64,000 nucleotides of DNA. Source: Anaeramoeba ignava BMAN (taxonomy: Eukaryota; Protista; Anaeramoebae). A model generated the notes under the pieces. It worked only from the letters and a program-made list of their open reading frames with translations. It had not been told where the DNA came from and ran no database searches. Numbering within the stretch: position 1 is the first letter of the stretch; every line of letters begins with the position of its first letter. The stretch is from the NCBI GenBank assembly GCA_028826165.1, contig JAPDFW010000131.1, positions 62,001 through 126,000 on the forward strand, given 5' to 3'. Both the position numbers and the translations under genes were made by a program. Below, in pieces: positions 28,726-41,169 of the stretch.

Positions 28726-31338
28726 ATGTCTCTTCTTTCAATTATAAATCAATATTTAGATCAAAAAGAAAATATTCAAGAAAATATTTCACATTTAATT
28801 CAAATTCTTTCACAAAATAAAAACATATTTTTTTCTTCAAATCATTTTTTTATTCAATGGAATTCAAAAATTGAAGAAATTATTGATAAAAATGATATTT
28901 TCTCAAAATGGTCTGGATTTTGGCTTTTAAATTTTACAATCAAAAATTCTCCAAATGAAATTATTGCAAAAAATTCAACAAAATGGATTGAAATATTTTA
29001 TAATTTATTGATACAAAATCGAAATGAAAAATCAATTAAAAATCAAAATATTTTAAAGAAACTTCAAAAAAATAAAAATAAAAATGGAAATGAAAATAAA
29101 AATGGAAATGAAGAATTTTTAATCATCAAAAAATTATGTCTACAAACTTTTCAAGAATTAATTTGCAGATTATCTGAACAAGAAATTAAAATTAAAAAAA
29201 ATAATAATAAAAATAAAAATAAAAATAAAAATGAAAATCAGAACAAAATCAAAAAAAATAAAAACGATAATATATTCAATATCATCCAAAAAATTATTCA
29301 CATTTTAATTGAGGATTTACAGAATTTTGATTTGGAATCGATCAACACAATTCTTAGTTTGATGAAATACAAACCAAATTTATTATCGCCTTTTTATCCA
29401 CAAATTGAGAGAAGTTTATTTGAAATGACCAATTTGCAAGCAATTGAAATTTTAGAATTTTCAAATGATTTAAATCAAAATTATTTTGATGTCATTTCAG
29501 ATTGTTTAGTGAATTTACCAATGTGTTCTTTAAAAGCATCAGGAAACCAACCCAAACAGCCCAATATGCAGAAAGATGAATATATAGCGTTCCATTATGG
29601 GAATCGATTGCCAACTTCAAAGAAATGGAATGAAATTCTGATGAAAATCATTTTCAAATTGAATTTATTATTAAACCAACTTTTTCGGAATTTGGAAGAA
29701 GAAAAGCTTCCTCAATTTCTCAACAACATTGAATCATATACATTTCAAGAAAACAACGAGAATACGAGAAATCAAGCAAAGAAGAAAAAGGATGAATCAA
29801 TGAAAGAAGAGATGGGAATGCAAATTGAAATTGATACAGAAACCAAAAAAGAAAACAATGAAAACATAAAATTTGAAGAAAACAAAATACTTGAACAAGC
29901 AAAATTTTATTTCATCTGCATCAACAAGTTTTTAACAACACCTTTAAATATAGATGTTTTATTTCCTATTGAGCAATGTTTTGCTTTGTTTTATCGAATT
30001 TTGCTGAATGATGGCACTCGCACAAAAATATCGACTGATGAATACACCAAATCAACAGAAATCAAAAAACTAGAAATATATTTGCCATCACTCCACATAT
30101 GGAGTCTTGAATCCATGCAGAATCTCATTTCATTTTCAAAAGGACATTTTTCCTCGTTTGCAATATTTCTATCTCAATCACTTATTTTTTCACTCAAAAG
30201 AACACAACCAAAAACACTTTCCAAAAATCCTCAAGTAATAATCAGTCTTTTGAACACAATCAAAAGCTTGGTTTGTGAGTTTGGAGCTGGTTTGCCTTTT
30301 TCTTTTTACCAAGAAATTGTTCTTATTATTTTTACTCATTTAAGATTTATTTTGGAGAAAATTACAATTAATGCAAGAAATTCACAAAATTCAATTCAAT
30401 CCAAAACAGAATGGGTTTTCAAAACAAAAAAGCGCAAAAAACACAATCAAGAACCAGTTCAATATTTGAGCAAAATTCATCACGATGATTTAGTTCAATT
30501 GCTTTCATCTTTGACAAATACTTTGAAAATGATTATTCTTTCTTATGAAAGTTATTTTCCTGTTCGAATTCAATCTGAAATTGATCACAGAATAGCAACA
30601 TTAAGTTATTTGGTTCTTGATCTAACCAAAAATAACGAATTTTGTAGTTGGATTTTTTCAAAAATGATTGAGATTTTGATTTCTTGTTTGGAATCTCAAA
30701 AGCCTCATCAACCAGCATTTATTGGAATTGCATCAGATATTTTTACTCGCGCATTTTCACTTCAATTAACTTCTCAAGAAAGTTTTGTCAATGATATTCA
30801 AACTCAATGTCTTCATGGATTGAATGTTTGCAGTATTTTTTTATATCCTCATTCTTTTGCTCTTAAAGGAACAAGTTTTGGTGATTTTAAGTCTTTTAAT
30901 AAGGAAGAGCAATTACATTTACTTAATTTCCAAGAAAAAGATATTGAGGATTTTTCTTCAATTCAAAAAAATAATTCGATTCAAAGGGATGTATTTTTTT
31001 TTGAATCTGAACTTGAAAATTTAAATGAGAAAATTGATTTTGAAAATTTGAATGAAAAAATTGATTTTGAAACTAATTTAGAAATGAATTTGGAAAAAAA
31101 AGAAGAAATTAAAGAAATTAAAAAAGAAGAAATTAAAGAAATTAAAGAAATTAAAGAAATTAAAAAAGAAATTAAAGAAATTAAAGAAATTAAAGAAATT
31201 AAAAAAGAAGAAATTAAAAAAGAAGAAATTGAAAAAGATTTAATAAGTAATTTAGTTGAAGATTTTCAAGAAGAGCAAATTGATGATTTTCCTGAAATAA
31301 TTCAATCACCTCCTGATTCAAATGATTCAGATTTTTAA
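28726..31338 (+). CDS. PELP1: PELP1/Rix1-like ribosome biogenesis (rixosome) protein
   Basis: N-terminal KWSGFWLL...KW (RIX1-like), LPSLHIWSLESMQNLI, acidic C-terminus ending FPEIIQSPPDS. Single 870-aa ORF. Confidence 0.65.
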   Translation: MSLLSIINQYLDQKENIQENISHLIQILSQNKNIFFSSNHFFIQWNSKIEEIIDKNDIFSKWSGFWLLNFTIKNSPNEIIAKNSTKWIEIFYNLLIQNRNEKSIKNQNILKKLQKNKNKNGNENKNGNEEFLIIKKLCLQTFQELICRLSEQEIKIKKNNNKNKNKNKNENQNKIKKNKNDNIFNIIQKIIHILIEDLQNFDLESINTILSLMKYKPNLLSPFYPQIERSLFEMTNLQAIEILEFSNDLNQNYFDVISDCLVNLPMCSLKASGNQPKQPNMQKDEYIAFHYGNRLPTSKKWNEILMKIIFKLNLLLNQLFRNLEEEKLPQFLNNIESYTFQENNENTRNQAKKKKDESMKEEMGMQIEIDTETKKENNENIKFEENKILEQAKFYFICINKFLTTPLNIDVLFPIEQCFALFYRILLNDGTRTKISTDEYTKSTEIKKLEIYLPSLHIWSLESMQNLISFSKGHFSSFAIFLSQSLIFSLKRTQPKTLSKNPQVIISLLNTIKSLVCEFGAGLPFSFYQEIVLIIFTHLRFILEKITINARNSQNSIQSKTEWVFKTKKRKKHNQEPVQYLSKIHHDDLVQLLSSLTNTLKMIILSYESYFPVRIQSEIDHRIATLSYLVLDLTKNNEFCSWIFSKMIEILISCLESQKPHQPAFIGIASDIFTRAFSLQLTSQESFVNDIQTQCLHGLNVCSIFLYPHSFALKGTSFGDFKSFNKEEQLHLLNFQEKDIEDFSSIQKNNSIQRDVFFFESELENLNEKIDFENLNEKIDFETNLEMNLEKKEEIKEIKKEEIKEIKEIKEIKKEIKEIKEIKEIKKEEIKKEEIEKDLISNLVEDFQEEQIDDFPEIIQSPPDSNDSDF

Positions 31339-31423
31339 ATTTAAAATAAAACAAAAATAGATTTTTTTTTTAAATAAATTTTTTTTCCCATTTTTTCATT
31401 TTTTTCATTTTTTTCAAATAAAA

Positions 31424-33288
31424 ATGTTTGGAAATTTACAAACTCAATTTCCTCCAATTACAAAATGGTGGACAATTTCAATTGTTGCTATAACTGTTTT
31501 AAGTTCTTTAGGAATTATTCAAGCAGCAAGTTTACTTTATTTTTTTCCTTTTGTTTGGTACAAATTAGAAGTAATTTTTATAAATAAAACAAATTTAATT
31601 TAAACAATTTTAATTTAAATTTTTTTAATTTAATTTTAAAAGATTTGGAGAATTGTTACTTCATTTCTTTATCTTGGACCTCCTTCTTTTTCATTTTTAA
31701 TGGGAATACTGTTTTTTTTTGCTTCTGTTGGAAGAGCTGAAACAATGTTTTTTGAATTATATGATTTTGTTTATATGAGTATTATCTTTGCTGGTTTTTT
31801 ACTTGTAAATAATCTTGAAACTTAAGATTGAATTTATTTTAAAATTTATAATTAAACTTATAATTAGATTTATAATTAAATTTATATCAAAATTTATAAT
31901 TAAATTTATAATTATATTTATATCAAAATTTATATCAAAATTTATATCAAAATTTATATCAAAATTTATATCAAAATTTATATCAAAATTTATATCAAAA
32001 ATTATTTCAAAATTTATAATTAAACTTATATCAAAATTTATAATTAAATTTATAATTAAATTTATAATAAAATTTATAATCAAACTTATATTTATATTTA
32101 TAATAAAATTTATAATTATATTTATATTTAAATTTATATCAAAATTTATATTTATATTTATAATTATATTTATAATTAAATTTATAATTATATTTATAAT
32201 TAAAATTTATAATTAAATATATAATTAAATTTATAATTATATTTATAATTAAATTAATAATTATATTTATAATTAAAATTTATAATTAAATTAATATCAA
32301 ATTTATATTAAAATTTATAATTAAATTTATATTTATATTTATATCAAAATTTATAATTAAATTTATAATTAAACTTATAATTAAATTTATAATTAAATTT
32401 ATAATTAAATTTATAATTAAATTTATAATTAAATTTATAATTAAATTTATAATTAAATTTATAATTAAATTTATAATTAAATTTATAATTAAAATTTATA
32501 ATTAAATTTATATCAAAATTTATAATTAAACTTATATCAAAATTAATAATTAAATTTATATCAAAATTTATAATTAAATTTATATCAAAATTTATATCAA
32601 AATTTATAATTAAATTTATAATTAAATTTATAATTAAATTTATATCAAAATTTATATCAAAATTTATATCAAAATTTATATCAAAATTTATATCAAAATT
32701 TATATCAAAATTTATATCAAAATTTATATCAAAATTTATATCAAAATTTATATCAAAATTTATATCAAAATTTATATCAAAATTTATATCAAAATTTATA
32801 ATAAAATTTATATCAAAATTTATATCAAAATTTATATCAAAATTTATATCAAAATTTATATCAAAAATTATTTCAAAATTATTTCAAAATTTTAGTTTAT
32901 TGCAAGCTTTATTCCTTTGGGAATTCTAGCACCAGGTTTTTCTTTTGCATGTCTTTATTATTATTGTAGAAAAAATCCAAATGGAGTACAATCAGTTTAT
33001 GGAATATTTACAGTTCCAACAAAATATTTCCCTTGGATAAGTTTAGTTATTTCACTTTTAATGGGAGGATTACCTATAGTTCAATTTTTTGGTCTTTTAG
33101 TTGCACATTTTTATTTTGTTATGAAAACTTATTATCCAAATTATATTCAAACTCCTAATTTTTTAAAACAATTATTTCCTTCTAGAAATTTTAGAGTAAG
33201 AGAAGATAATTTAAGACAAAATATTCCTCAAAATGATCCATTTCCTTGGGGTCATGGTCAAAGATTAGGAGAAAATTTTAATAATTGA
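31424..33288 (+). CDS. Derlin (Der1-like ERAD membrane protein); exons 31424-31570, 31643-31804, 32896-33288
   Basis: FPPITKWW, E|[34 protein letters not shown]-terminal SHP-like [14 protein letters not shown] introns 31571-31642 and 31805-32895. Confidence 0.92.
31830..32890. repeat. 12-mer-type minisatellite (TTTATATCAAAA / TTTATAATTAAA) filling Derlin intron 2
   Basis: Direct reading of the tandem units. Confidence 0.9.
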
Positions 33289-33629
33289 ATAAAATAAAAT
33301 AAAATAAAAAAAAAATGAAAGAAACTTGAACTAGCAAAAAAATATATTTTCTTTTTCTTTTTCTTTTTCTTTTTAAAATAAAGCAATATTAAAATGAATT
33401 TAATTTTTTTGTTTTTGTTTTTGTTTTTGATTTTTTTTTTTTGATGAATTAAAACAAAAAGAGAAATTAATTTTTGGAAAAAATAAATGTTCCAAAAAAA
33501 AATTCCAAAAAAAAAAAATTATTTTCTTTTTTCTTCTTTTTTGAGATTTCAATAATTTAAAAAATAAATTGAATTTGATTTTGAATCTTTTTTTATTCCA
33601 TTTTTTTTTGCTTTTATTTTGTTTTTTTT

Positions 33630-34919
33630 TTAACAACATCCTGATTTATCTTTTTTTAATGTAGGTTCAATTATAATTTGATTTGGTTTTTTTTTTCCTG
33701 ATTGAATTACTTTTCCATTTTTTTTATTAAGAAAATCTTCAGCAATTGTTAAAAATAATTCTTCAACTTGAATTGATTTTTTAGCACTTGTTTCAAAAGT
33801 TTTTGCTTCAATTTCAGAACTAAATTCAGAGACTTCTTGAGCAGAAACTTGTCTTGTTTTTCCATCCATAATTGCATCAACTTAATTTTAATTTTATAAA
33901 TGAATTTTGATTTTATAAATGAATTTTAATTTTATAAATGAATTTTAATTTTATAAATGAATTTTAATTTTATAAATGAATTTTAGTTTTATAAATGAAT
34001 TTTAATTTTATAAATGAATTTTAATTTTATAAATGAATTTTAATTTTATAAATGAATTTTAATTTTTTACGTTTTGTTCCAACAAGATAAATTGGACAAT
34101 TTTTTTCATTTTCTCTAAGTTCATTTACCCAAAATCTTAATCTATCAAAAGTATCATGATTTGTCATATCTAATTTAATTTTAATTTTAATTTTAATTTT
34201 GATTTTAATTTTAAATTTTATAAATGAATTTTAATTTTAATTTTAATTTTAATTTTAATTTTAATTTTAATTTTAATTTTAATTTTAATTTTAAATTTAA
34301 TATTAATTTTAATTATAATTTTAATATTGATTATAATTTTAATTTTAATTTTAATTTTAATTTTAATTTTAATTTTAATTTTAATTTTAATTTTAATTTT
34401 AATTTTAATTTTAATTTTAATTTTAAATGAATTTTAATTTTAATTTTAATTTTAATTTTAATTTTAATTTTAATTTTAATTTTATAAATGAATTTTAATT
34501 TTAATTTTAATTTTAATTTTAATTTTAATTTTAATTTTAATTTTAATTTTAATTTTAAATTTAATTTTAATTTAAAATAGGAATATGAAGAAAACTACCA
34601 TAACAAACAATAGCAGCACCAGCACCTCTATAATACATTTTAGATAAACTTTCATACCTTTCAGAACCAGCTGTATCCCAGATTCCTAAAGTTAATTTAT
34701 TATCTTGAACAAAAACTGTTTTTGATCCAAATCCAGCAGCAACAGTCTTTATTATTTTTTTAAATTAAAAATTAAAAATTAAAAATTTTGTTTTGTTTTT
34801 TTTTTTACTGGTTGTTGTCCTTCAGTAAATTTATCATAAAGAAATTTTTCAACTAAACAAGATTTTCCAACAAAAGATGCACCAAGTAAAACAATTTTTA
34901 AATCTGCTTTTTGAGCCAT
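33630..34919 (-). CDS. RAB24: Rab24 GTPase; exons 34919-34809, 34746-34599, 34169-34071, 33880-33630
   Basis: [45 protein letters not shown] (the DTAGSE and AAIVCYD motifs are typical of Rab24), VGTKLD, FETSAK, C-terminal CC. Three GT-AG introns. Confidence 0.88.
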
Positions 34920-35124
34920 TTAAAAAAAAAATAATAAAAGATAAAAAAAGAAAAGAAAAAAATGAAAAAAAACCAAAAATTATTTTTTCTTTCAATTTTT
35001 TATTTATTTAAAAAAATTTTCATTTCAATTCCAAAAAAAAAAACAAAGATTCTTTCAAATTTCATGTTATTAGAAATTATTTTATATTTCAAATTTTATA
35101 TTTTAAATTTTAAATTTTAAATTA

Positions 35125-36285
35125 TTAGAAATTATTTTGGATTAATTCAATTCTTTCAACCATTTCTTTCCCTTCTTTCTCACTTCCTTCAATTAAATTC
35201 CCACTTGATTTTAAAATTCTTGATATGAAAATCAACTTCAAAATTAAAGTATTGGAATTATTTTGGATTTGTTCCAATTCAAATCCATCATTTTCATTTA
35301 AATATTTTTCATTATTTAAAATTTCATGAATTTCTTCTTGATAGAGAAAATTAGGATTATTCAAATTAATTTTTTGAATCTCTTTCTGAATAAATTTAAA
35401 ACGGAGAAATTTATCTTCAATTTTTTTCTCAGATTCATTAATTTTTTCTTGAATGTCTTGTGAAAGGATTTTTTCTTGATCAATTTCCTTTTGAATTTTT
35501 TCAAGATCTAATTTAAGTTGTTCAGAATCATCGATTTGATTTTTTGTTTTTGAATCTTCAAGTTCCAAAACTGATTTTGTTTTTGTCAACAAATCAATCA
35601 ATTGTTTTTTCATATCTTGAACTTCTTGCAGGTTTTTTTCAATTGAGCTGTCATCCAAAGGTTGTGGAGTGACTGTTTTTTTCTTTAAAGATCCACCAGA
35701 TAATCTTCTTGAAATTTTTTCTGTGTCTTGTTCTTGTGCAAATGTTTCATTTTTTTGCAGATGATATTGAGGTTTTCTGATTTCTTGTTTTTTACTAACT
35801 GAAAAAGATCTTTTTGATCTTTGATTTTTAATTGAATTTACCGGTGATTTTTTCACTTCATTTGTTGGCGATTTTGAAACTGGTTTAACTAAATCAAAAT
35901 TTGCTTTTTTTTCTTTTGAATCCTTTACATTTTTCGATTTTTCTTTTGAATCTTTTAAATTTTTCGATTTTTCTTTTATATTTTCTGATTTTCTTGATTT
36001 TGTCGTTTTTGCTTTTCCTTTTGTTTTTTTTGCTTTTGATTGATTTTCTTCTTGGTTCAAAATTTTCAATTGACTTTTTCTATAAAACATTCCATGCATT
36101 GCTGGACATTCAAAATGTTTAATTCCTAAATTATCTCCTGAGCAATTTCCAACGGCTTCGTTTAATTCAACTCCGATTAGATTCGATTGCATACTGTTTG
36201 CTGCCCCAATAAATCGTACAGTCCCAATGTTTCCTTTTCGATCTTCAACTATGCATCCAATTGTAAATTCTTTATTTTTTGACAT
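35125..36285 (-). CDS. CAP-Gly domain protein with basic linker and coiled coil
   Basis: GTVRFIG..LIGVELNEAVGNCSG...FECPAMHGMF fits the CAP-Gly pattern. Confidence 0.85.
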   Translation of the reverse strand: MSKNKEFTIGCIVEDRKGNIGTVRFIGAANSMQSNLIGVELNEAVGNCSGDNLGIKHFECPAMHGMFYRKSQLKILNQEENQSKAKKTKGKAKTTKSRKSENIKEKSKNLKDSKEKSKNVKDSKEKKANFDLVKPVSKSPTNEVKKSPVNSIKNQRSKRSFSVSKKQEIRKPQYHLQKNETFAQEQDTEKISRRLSGGSLKKKTVTPQPLDDSSIEKNLQEVQDMKKQLIDLLTKTKSVLELEDSKTKNQIDDSEQLKLDLEKIQKEIDQEKILSQDIQEKINESEKKIEDKFLRFKFIQKEIQKINLNNPNFLYQEEIHEILNNEKYLNENDGFELEQIQNNSNTLILKLIFISRILKSSGNLIEGSEKEGKEMVERIELIQNNF

Positions 36286-36359
36286 TTTGAAAAAAAAAAA
36301 TGAAAATGAAAAAAAAAATGAAAATTTTATTTTTTAAATTTTTTTTGATTTTTAAATAA

Positions 36360-38060
36360 CAATTAATTTAATATTTAATTTATATATTACTTTAAAAATA
36401 TAATTTAATATTTAATTTTATTATTAAAATAATAATTTAATGTTTTAGATTAAAATATTTTATTATTTAAATATTTAACATATAAATATAAAAAATAAGA
36501 ATAGATTTAATTTAATATTTAATTTATAAATCAATTTAAAAATATAATTTAATATTTAATTTTATGTTTAAAATAATAATTTAATGTTTTAGATTTAAAT
36601 ATTTTATTATTTAAATATTTAACATATAAATATAAAAAATGAGAACAGATTTAATTTAATATTTAATTTATAAATTAATTTAAAAATATAATTTAATATT
36701 TAGTTTTATTATTAAAATAATAATTTAATGTTTTAGATTTAAATATTTTATTATTTAAATATTTAACAAATAAATATAAAAATGAGAATAGGTTTAATTT
36801 AATATTTAATTTATAAATTAATTTAAAAATATAATTTAATATTTAATTTTATTATTAAAATAATAATTTAATGTTTTAGATTTAAAATATTTTATTATTT
36901 AAATATTTAACATAAAAATATAAAAAATAAGAATAGATTTAATTTAATATTTAATTTATAAATTAATTTAAAAATATAATTTAATATTTAATTTTATTAT
37001 TAAAATAATAATTTAATGTTTTAGATTTAAATATTTTATTATTTAAATATTTAACATATAAATATAAAAATAAGAATAGATTTAATTTAATATTTAATTT
37101 ATAAATTAATTTTAAAAATATAATTTAATATTTAATTTTATTATTAAAATAGTAATTTAATGTTTTTAGATTTAAATATTTTATTATTTAAATATTTAAC
37201 ATATAAATATAAAAATGAGAATAGATTTAATTTAATATTCAATTTATAAATTAATTTAAAAATATAATTTAATATTTAATTTTATGTTTAAAATAATAAT
37301 TTATTGTTTTAGATTTAAATATTTTATTATTTAAATATTTAACATATAAATATAAAAATGAGAATAGATTTAATTTAATATTTAATTTATAAATTAATTT
37401 ATAAATATAATTTAATATTTAATTTTATTATTAAAATAGTAATTTAATGTTTTAGATTTAAATATTTTATTATTTAAATATTTAACATATAAATATAAAA
37501 AATGAAAATAGATTTAATTTAATATTCAATTTATAAATTAATTTAAAAATATAATTTAATATTTAATTTTATGTTTAAAATAATAATTTATTGTTTTAGA
37601 TTTAAATATTTTATTATTTATTTAAATATTTAACATATAAATATAAAAATGAGAATAGATTTAATTTAATATTTAATTTTATAAATTAATTTATAAATAT
37701 AATTTAGTATTTAATTTTATGTTTAAAATAATAATTTATTGTTTTAGATTTAAATATTTTATTATTTAAATATTTAACATATAAATATAAAAAATAAGAA
37801 TAGATTTAATTTAATATTTAATTTATAAATCAATTTAAAAATATAATTTAATATTTAATTTTTTTATTATTAAAATAATAATTTATTGTTTTAAATTTAA
37901 ATATTTTATTATTTAAATATTTAACATAAAAATATAAAAATAAGAATAGATTTAATTTAATATTTAATTTATAAATTAATTTAAAAATATAATTTAATAT
38001 TTAATTCTATTATTAAAATAATAATTTATTGTTTTAGATTTAAATATTTTATTATTTAAA
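36360..38060. repeat. Tandem satellite, ~144-bp unit, ~12 copies
   Basis: The AATAGATTT anchor recurs at 36501, 36644, 36787, 36932, 37075, 37220, 37363, 37507, 37654, 37799, 37945 (spacing 143-147). Confidence 0.95.
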
Positions 38061-38098
38061 AATATTTTGAAAATTGATTTTTGAAATTAAAATTTTAT

Positions 38099-38330
38099 CT
38101 TTTTGAATTAAATTGAATTAATATTAATTTGGAAATTTGTTTTTAAATTTAAATTTATTAATAATTTTAAATTCCAAAAATTAAATTAAAAATTAAATTA
38201 AAATAATTTTCCTTTTTGAATTAAATTGAATTAATATTAATTTGGAAATTTGTTTTTAAATTTAAATTTATTAATAATTTTAAATTCCAAAAATTAAATT
38301 AAAAATTAAATTAAAATAATTTTCCTTTTT
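38099..38330. repeat. Two-copy ~113-bp tandem duplication
   Basis: TTTTGAATTAAATTGAATTAATATTAATTTGGAAATTTG at 38101 and 38214. Confidence 0.9.
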
Positions 38331-38543
38331 AATAAAAATTAATAAAAATAATAATAATTTATTAATAAATTAATTTAAAATAATAAATTAAAAAGAAAAT
38401 TAAATTAATTATTAATTTAAATTTATTCTCATTTTTATATTTTTATTTATTTTCAAAATCCACTTTTTATTCATTTTTAAATTTTTTTTCATTTTTTCCT
38501 TTTTAAAAACACAAAAACACAAAAACAAAAACACAAAAACAAA

Positions 38544-39264
38544 ATGGATAATAATAATAATAACCAAATTCAAAATGCAAATCAAAATGAAAATGAAAAT
38601 GAAATGAAAAATTTAGAAAAAAAAGTAACAAAAAATTTAATTAAAAATTATTCAAACCTTTTAAATGGAAATTCATTTAAAGATTTTTCAATTTTTGTTG
38701 AGAATAAATCAAATCCTTTTGAAATTAAAGTTCATAAATCAATTTTATCTTCAAGATCTCCTTTTTAATGAATCATTAAGGCAAGAATCTCTTTCTATTT
38801 TTAAACCAATTTAATAAAAAGAAATGGAATCAATTTTGAGTTATATTTATTATGGAAATATTTCTTTTGAGAATCAAGAAAATCTTATTCAATTATTAGA
38901 AATTTCAATTTATTTTAAATTAAATTTATTGAAAGAAATTATTCAAAAAAAAATTTTAAATTCAATTAATTATTCAAATTTTTTCCAATTTTTATTCCAA
39001 AATCGAAATTTAAATTCAAATGAAATTGAAATAAAATGTTTTGAATTAATAAATCAAAATTTTTCCCAAATTCAAAATAATGAAAATTTATTCAATTTAA
39101 CTAAAGAAGAAATTATCAAATTTATTCAATTTAAACAAGAAAAAAAAGAAATTTTTCAATTTGATTTTTTTCAATTTTTAAATAATTGGATTGAAAAAAG
39201 AAATGAAAGATCAAAAAGAAAGAAAAAGAAAAAGAAAAAGAAAAAGAAAAAGGGAATTGATTGA
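38544..39264 (+). pseudogene. BTB/POZ(-BACK) domain gene with frameshifts at 38760-38823 and a truncated end (pseudogene or homopolymer errors)
   Basis: FKDFSIFV..EIKVHKSILSSRSPF, then after a frame break MESILSYIYYG..LLEISIYFKL..LK. The breaks lie in T/A runs. Confidence 0.8.
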
Positions 39265-39399
39265 GAAAATGTGCATAAATTTGTGATAATAAAAGAAATA
39301 TTTGATCTCTTTTCCAAAAATCAAATCATCTCTTTAATTAACTTGATTTAAGATAAAAGTTGAAAATAGAAATTAATAATAAAGGAAAAACAGAATTTC

Positions 39400-41085
39400 T
39401 TAATTAAATCCTTTTCTATGAAGATTTAATTAAATTATTGAAAAGAAAAGATTGATTTAAGATGAAAAATAAATTGAGAAGAAACAAAGTGTTTTTAATT
39501 AAATCCTTTTCTATGAAGAAGATTTGATTAAACTATTGAAAAGAAAAGAATTTTTGTGGGAAATTCTTTTATAAGAAAAAAAGAAATCTAAATAAGATTT
39601 AATTAAATTATTGAAAAGAAAAGATTGATTTAAGATGAAAAATAAATTGAGAAGAAACAAAGTGTTTTTATTTAAATCCTTTTCTATGAAGAAGATTTGA
39701 TTAAATTATTTAAAAGAAAAGAATTTTTGTGGGAAATTCTTTTATAAGAAAAAAAGAAATCTAAATAAGATTTAATTAAACTATTGAAAAGAAAAGATTG
39801 ATTTAAGATAAAAAAGAAATTAAGAAGAAACAAAGTGCCTTTAATTAAATCCTTTTCTATGAAGAAGATTTGATTAAACTATTGGAAAGAAAAGATTGAT
39901 TTTAGATGAAAATAAATTAAGAAGAAACAAAGTGTTTTTATTTAAATCCTTTTCTATGAAGAAGATTTGATTAAACTATTGGAAAGAAAAGATTGATTTA
40001 AGATGAAAAATAAATTAAGAAGAAACAAAGTGTTTTTAATTGAATCCTTTTCTATGAAGAAGATTTGATTAAATTATTTAAAAGAAAAGAATTTTTGTGG
40101 GAAATTCTTTTATAAGAAAAAAAGAAATCTAAATAAGATTTGATTAAACTATTGAAAAGGAAAGATTGATTTAAGATGAAAAATAAATTGAGAAGAAACA
40201 AAGTATTTTTAATTAAATCCTTTTCTATGAAGATTTGATTAAACTATTGAAAAGAAAAGATTGATTTAAGATGAAAAATAAATTAAGAAGAAACAAATTA
40301 AAATAAGATTTAATTAAACTATTGAAAAGGAAAGATTGATTTAAGATGAAAAATAAATTGAGAAGAAACAAAGTATTTTTAATTAAATCCTTTTCTATGA
40401 AGAAGATTTGATTAAACTATTGAAAAGAAAAGATTGATTTAAGATGAAAAAGAAATTAAGAAGAAACAAAGAAATCTAAATAAGATTTAATTAAATTATT
40501 GAAAAGAAAAGATTGATTTAAGATGAAAAAGAAATTGAGAAGAAACAAAATGCTTTTATTTAAATCCTTTTCTATGAAGAAGATTTGATTAAATTATTTA
40601 AAAGAAAAGAATTTTTGTGGGAAATTCTTTTATAAGAAAAAAAGAAATCTAAATAAGATTTAATTAAACTATTGAAAAGGAAAGATTGATTTAAGATGAA
40701 AAAGAAATTGAGAAGAAACAAAGTATTTTTAATTAAATCCTTTTCTATGAAGAAGATTTGATTAAACTATTGAAAAGAAAAGATTGATTTAAGATGAAAA
40801 TTCTTTATAAGAAAAAAAGAAAATTAAAGAAGATTTAATTAAATTACTCAAAAGAAAAGATTGATTTAAGATAAAAAAGAAATTAAGAAGAAACAAAGTG
40901 CCTTTAATTAAATCCTTTTCTATGAAGAAGATTTGATTAAACTATTGTAAAAGAAAAGAATTTTTGTGGGAAATTCTTTTATAAGAAAAAAAGAAATCTA
41001 AATAAGATTTAATTAAATTATTGAAAAGAAAAGATTGATTTAAGATGAAAAATAAATTGAGAAGAAACAAAGTGCTTTTATTAAA
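39400..41085. repeat. Modular higher-order satellite (~90-100-bp modules), five copies carrying a 10-bp-stem hairpin
   Basis: Recurring AAATCCTTTTCTATGAAGAAGATTTGATTAAA, AAAAGATTGATTTAAGATGAAAA..GAAGAAACAAAG and AAAAGAATTTTTGTGGGAAATTCTTTT blocks in variable order. Confidence 0.92.
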
Positions 41086-41169
41086 AAAAGAACTGAGAAG
41101 AAAAATGAAATTGATTAGAAAGAAAAGAAGAAAAGAAAAAGAAAGAAAAAGAAAAAGAAAAAGAAAAAC

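Noticed and set aside
39400-41085. CRISPR-like array (repeats with a hairpin)
   Set aside because: The intervening sequences are themselves repeated rather than unique spacers, there are no cas genes, and the context is eukaryotic.
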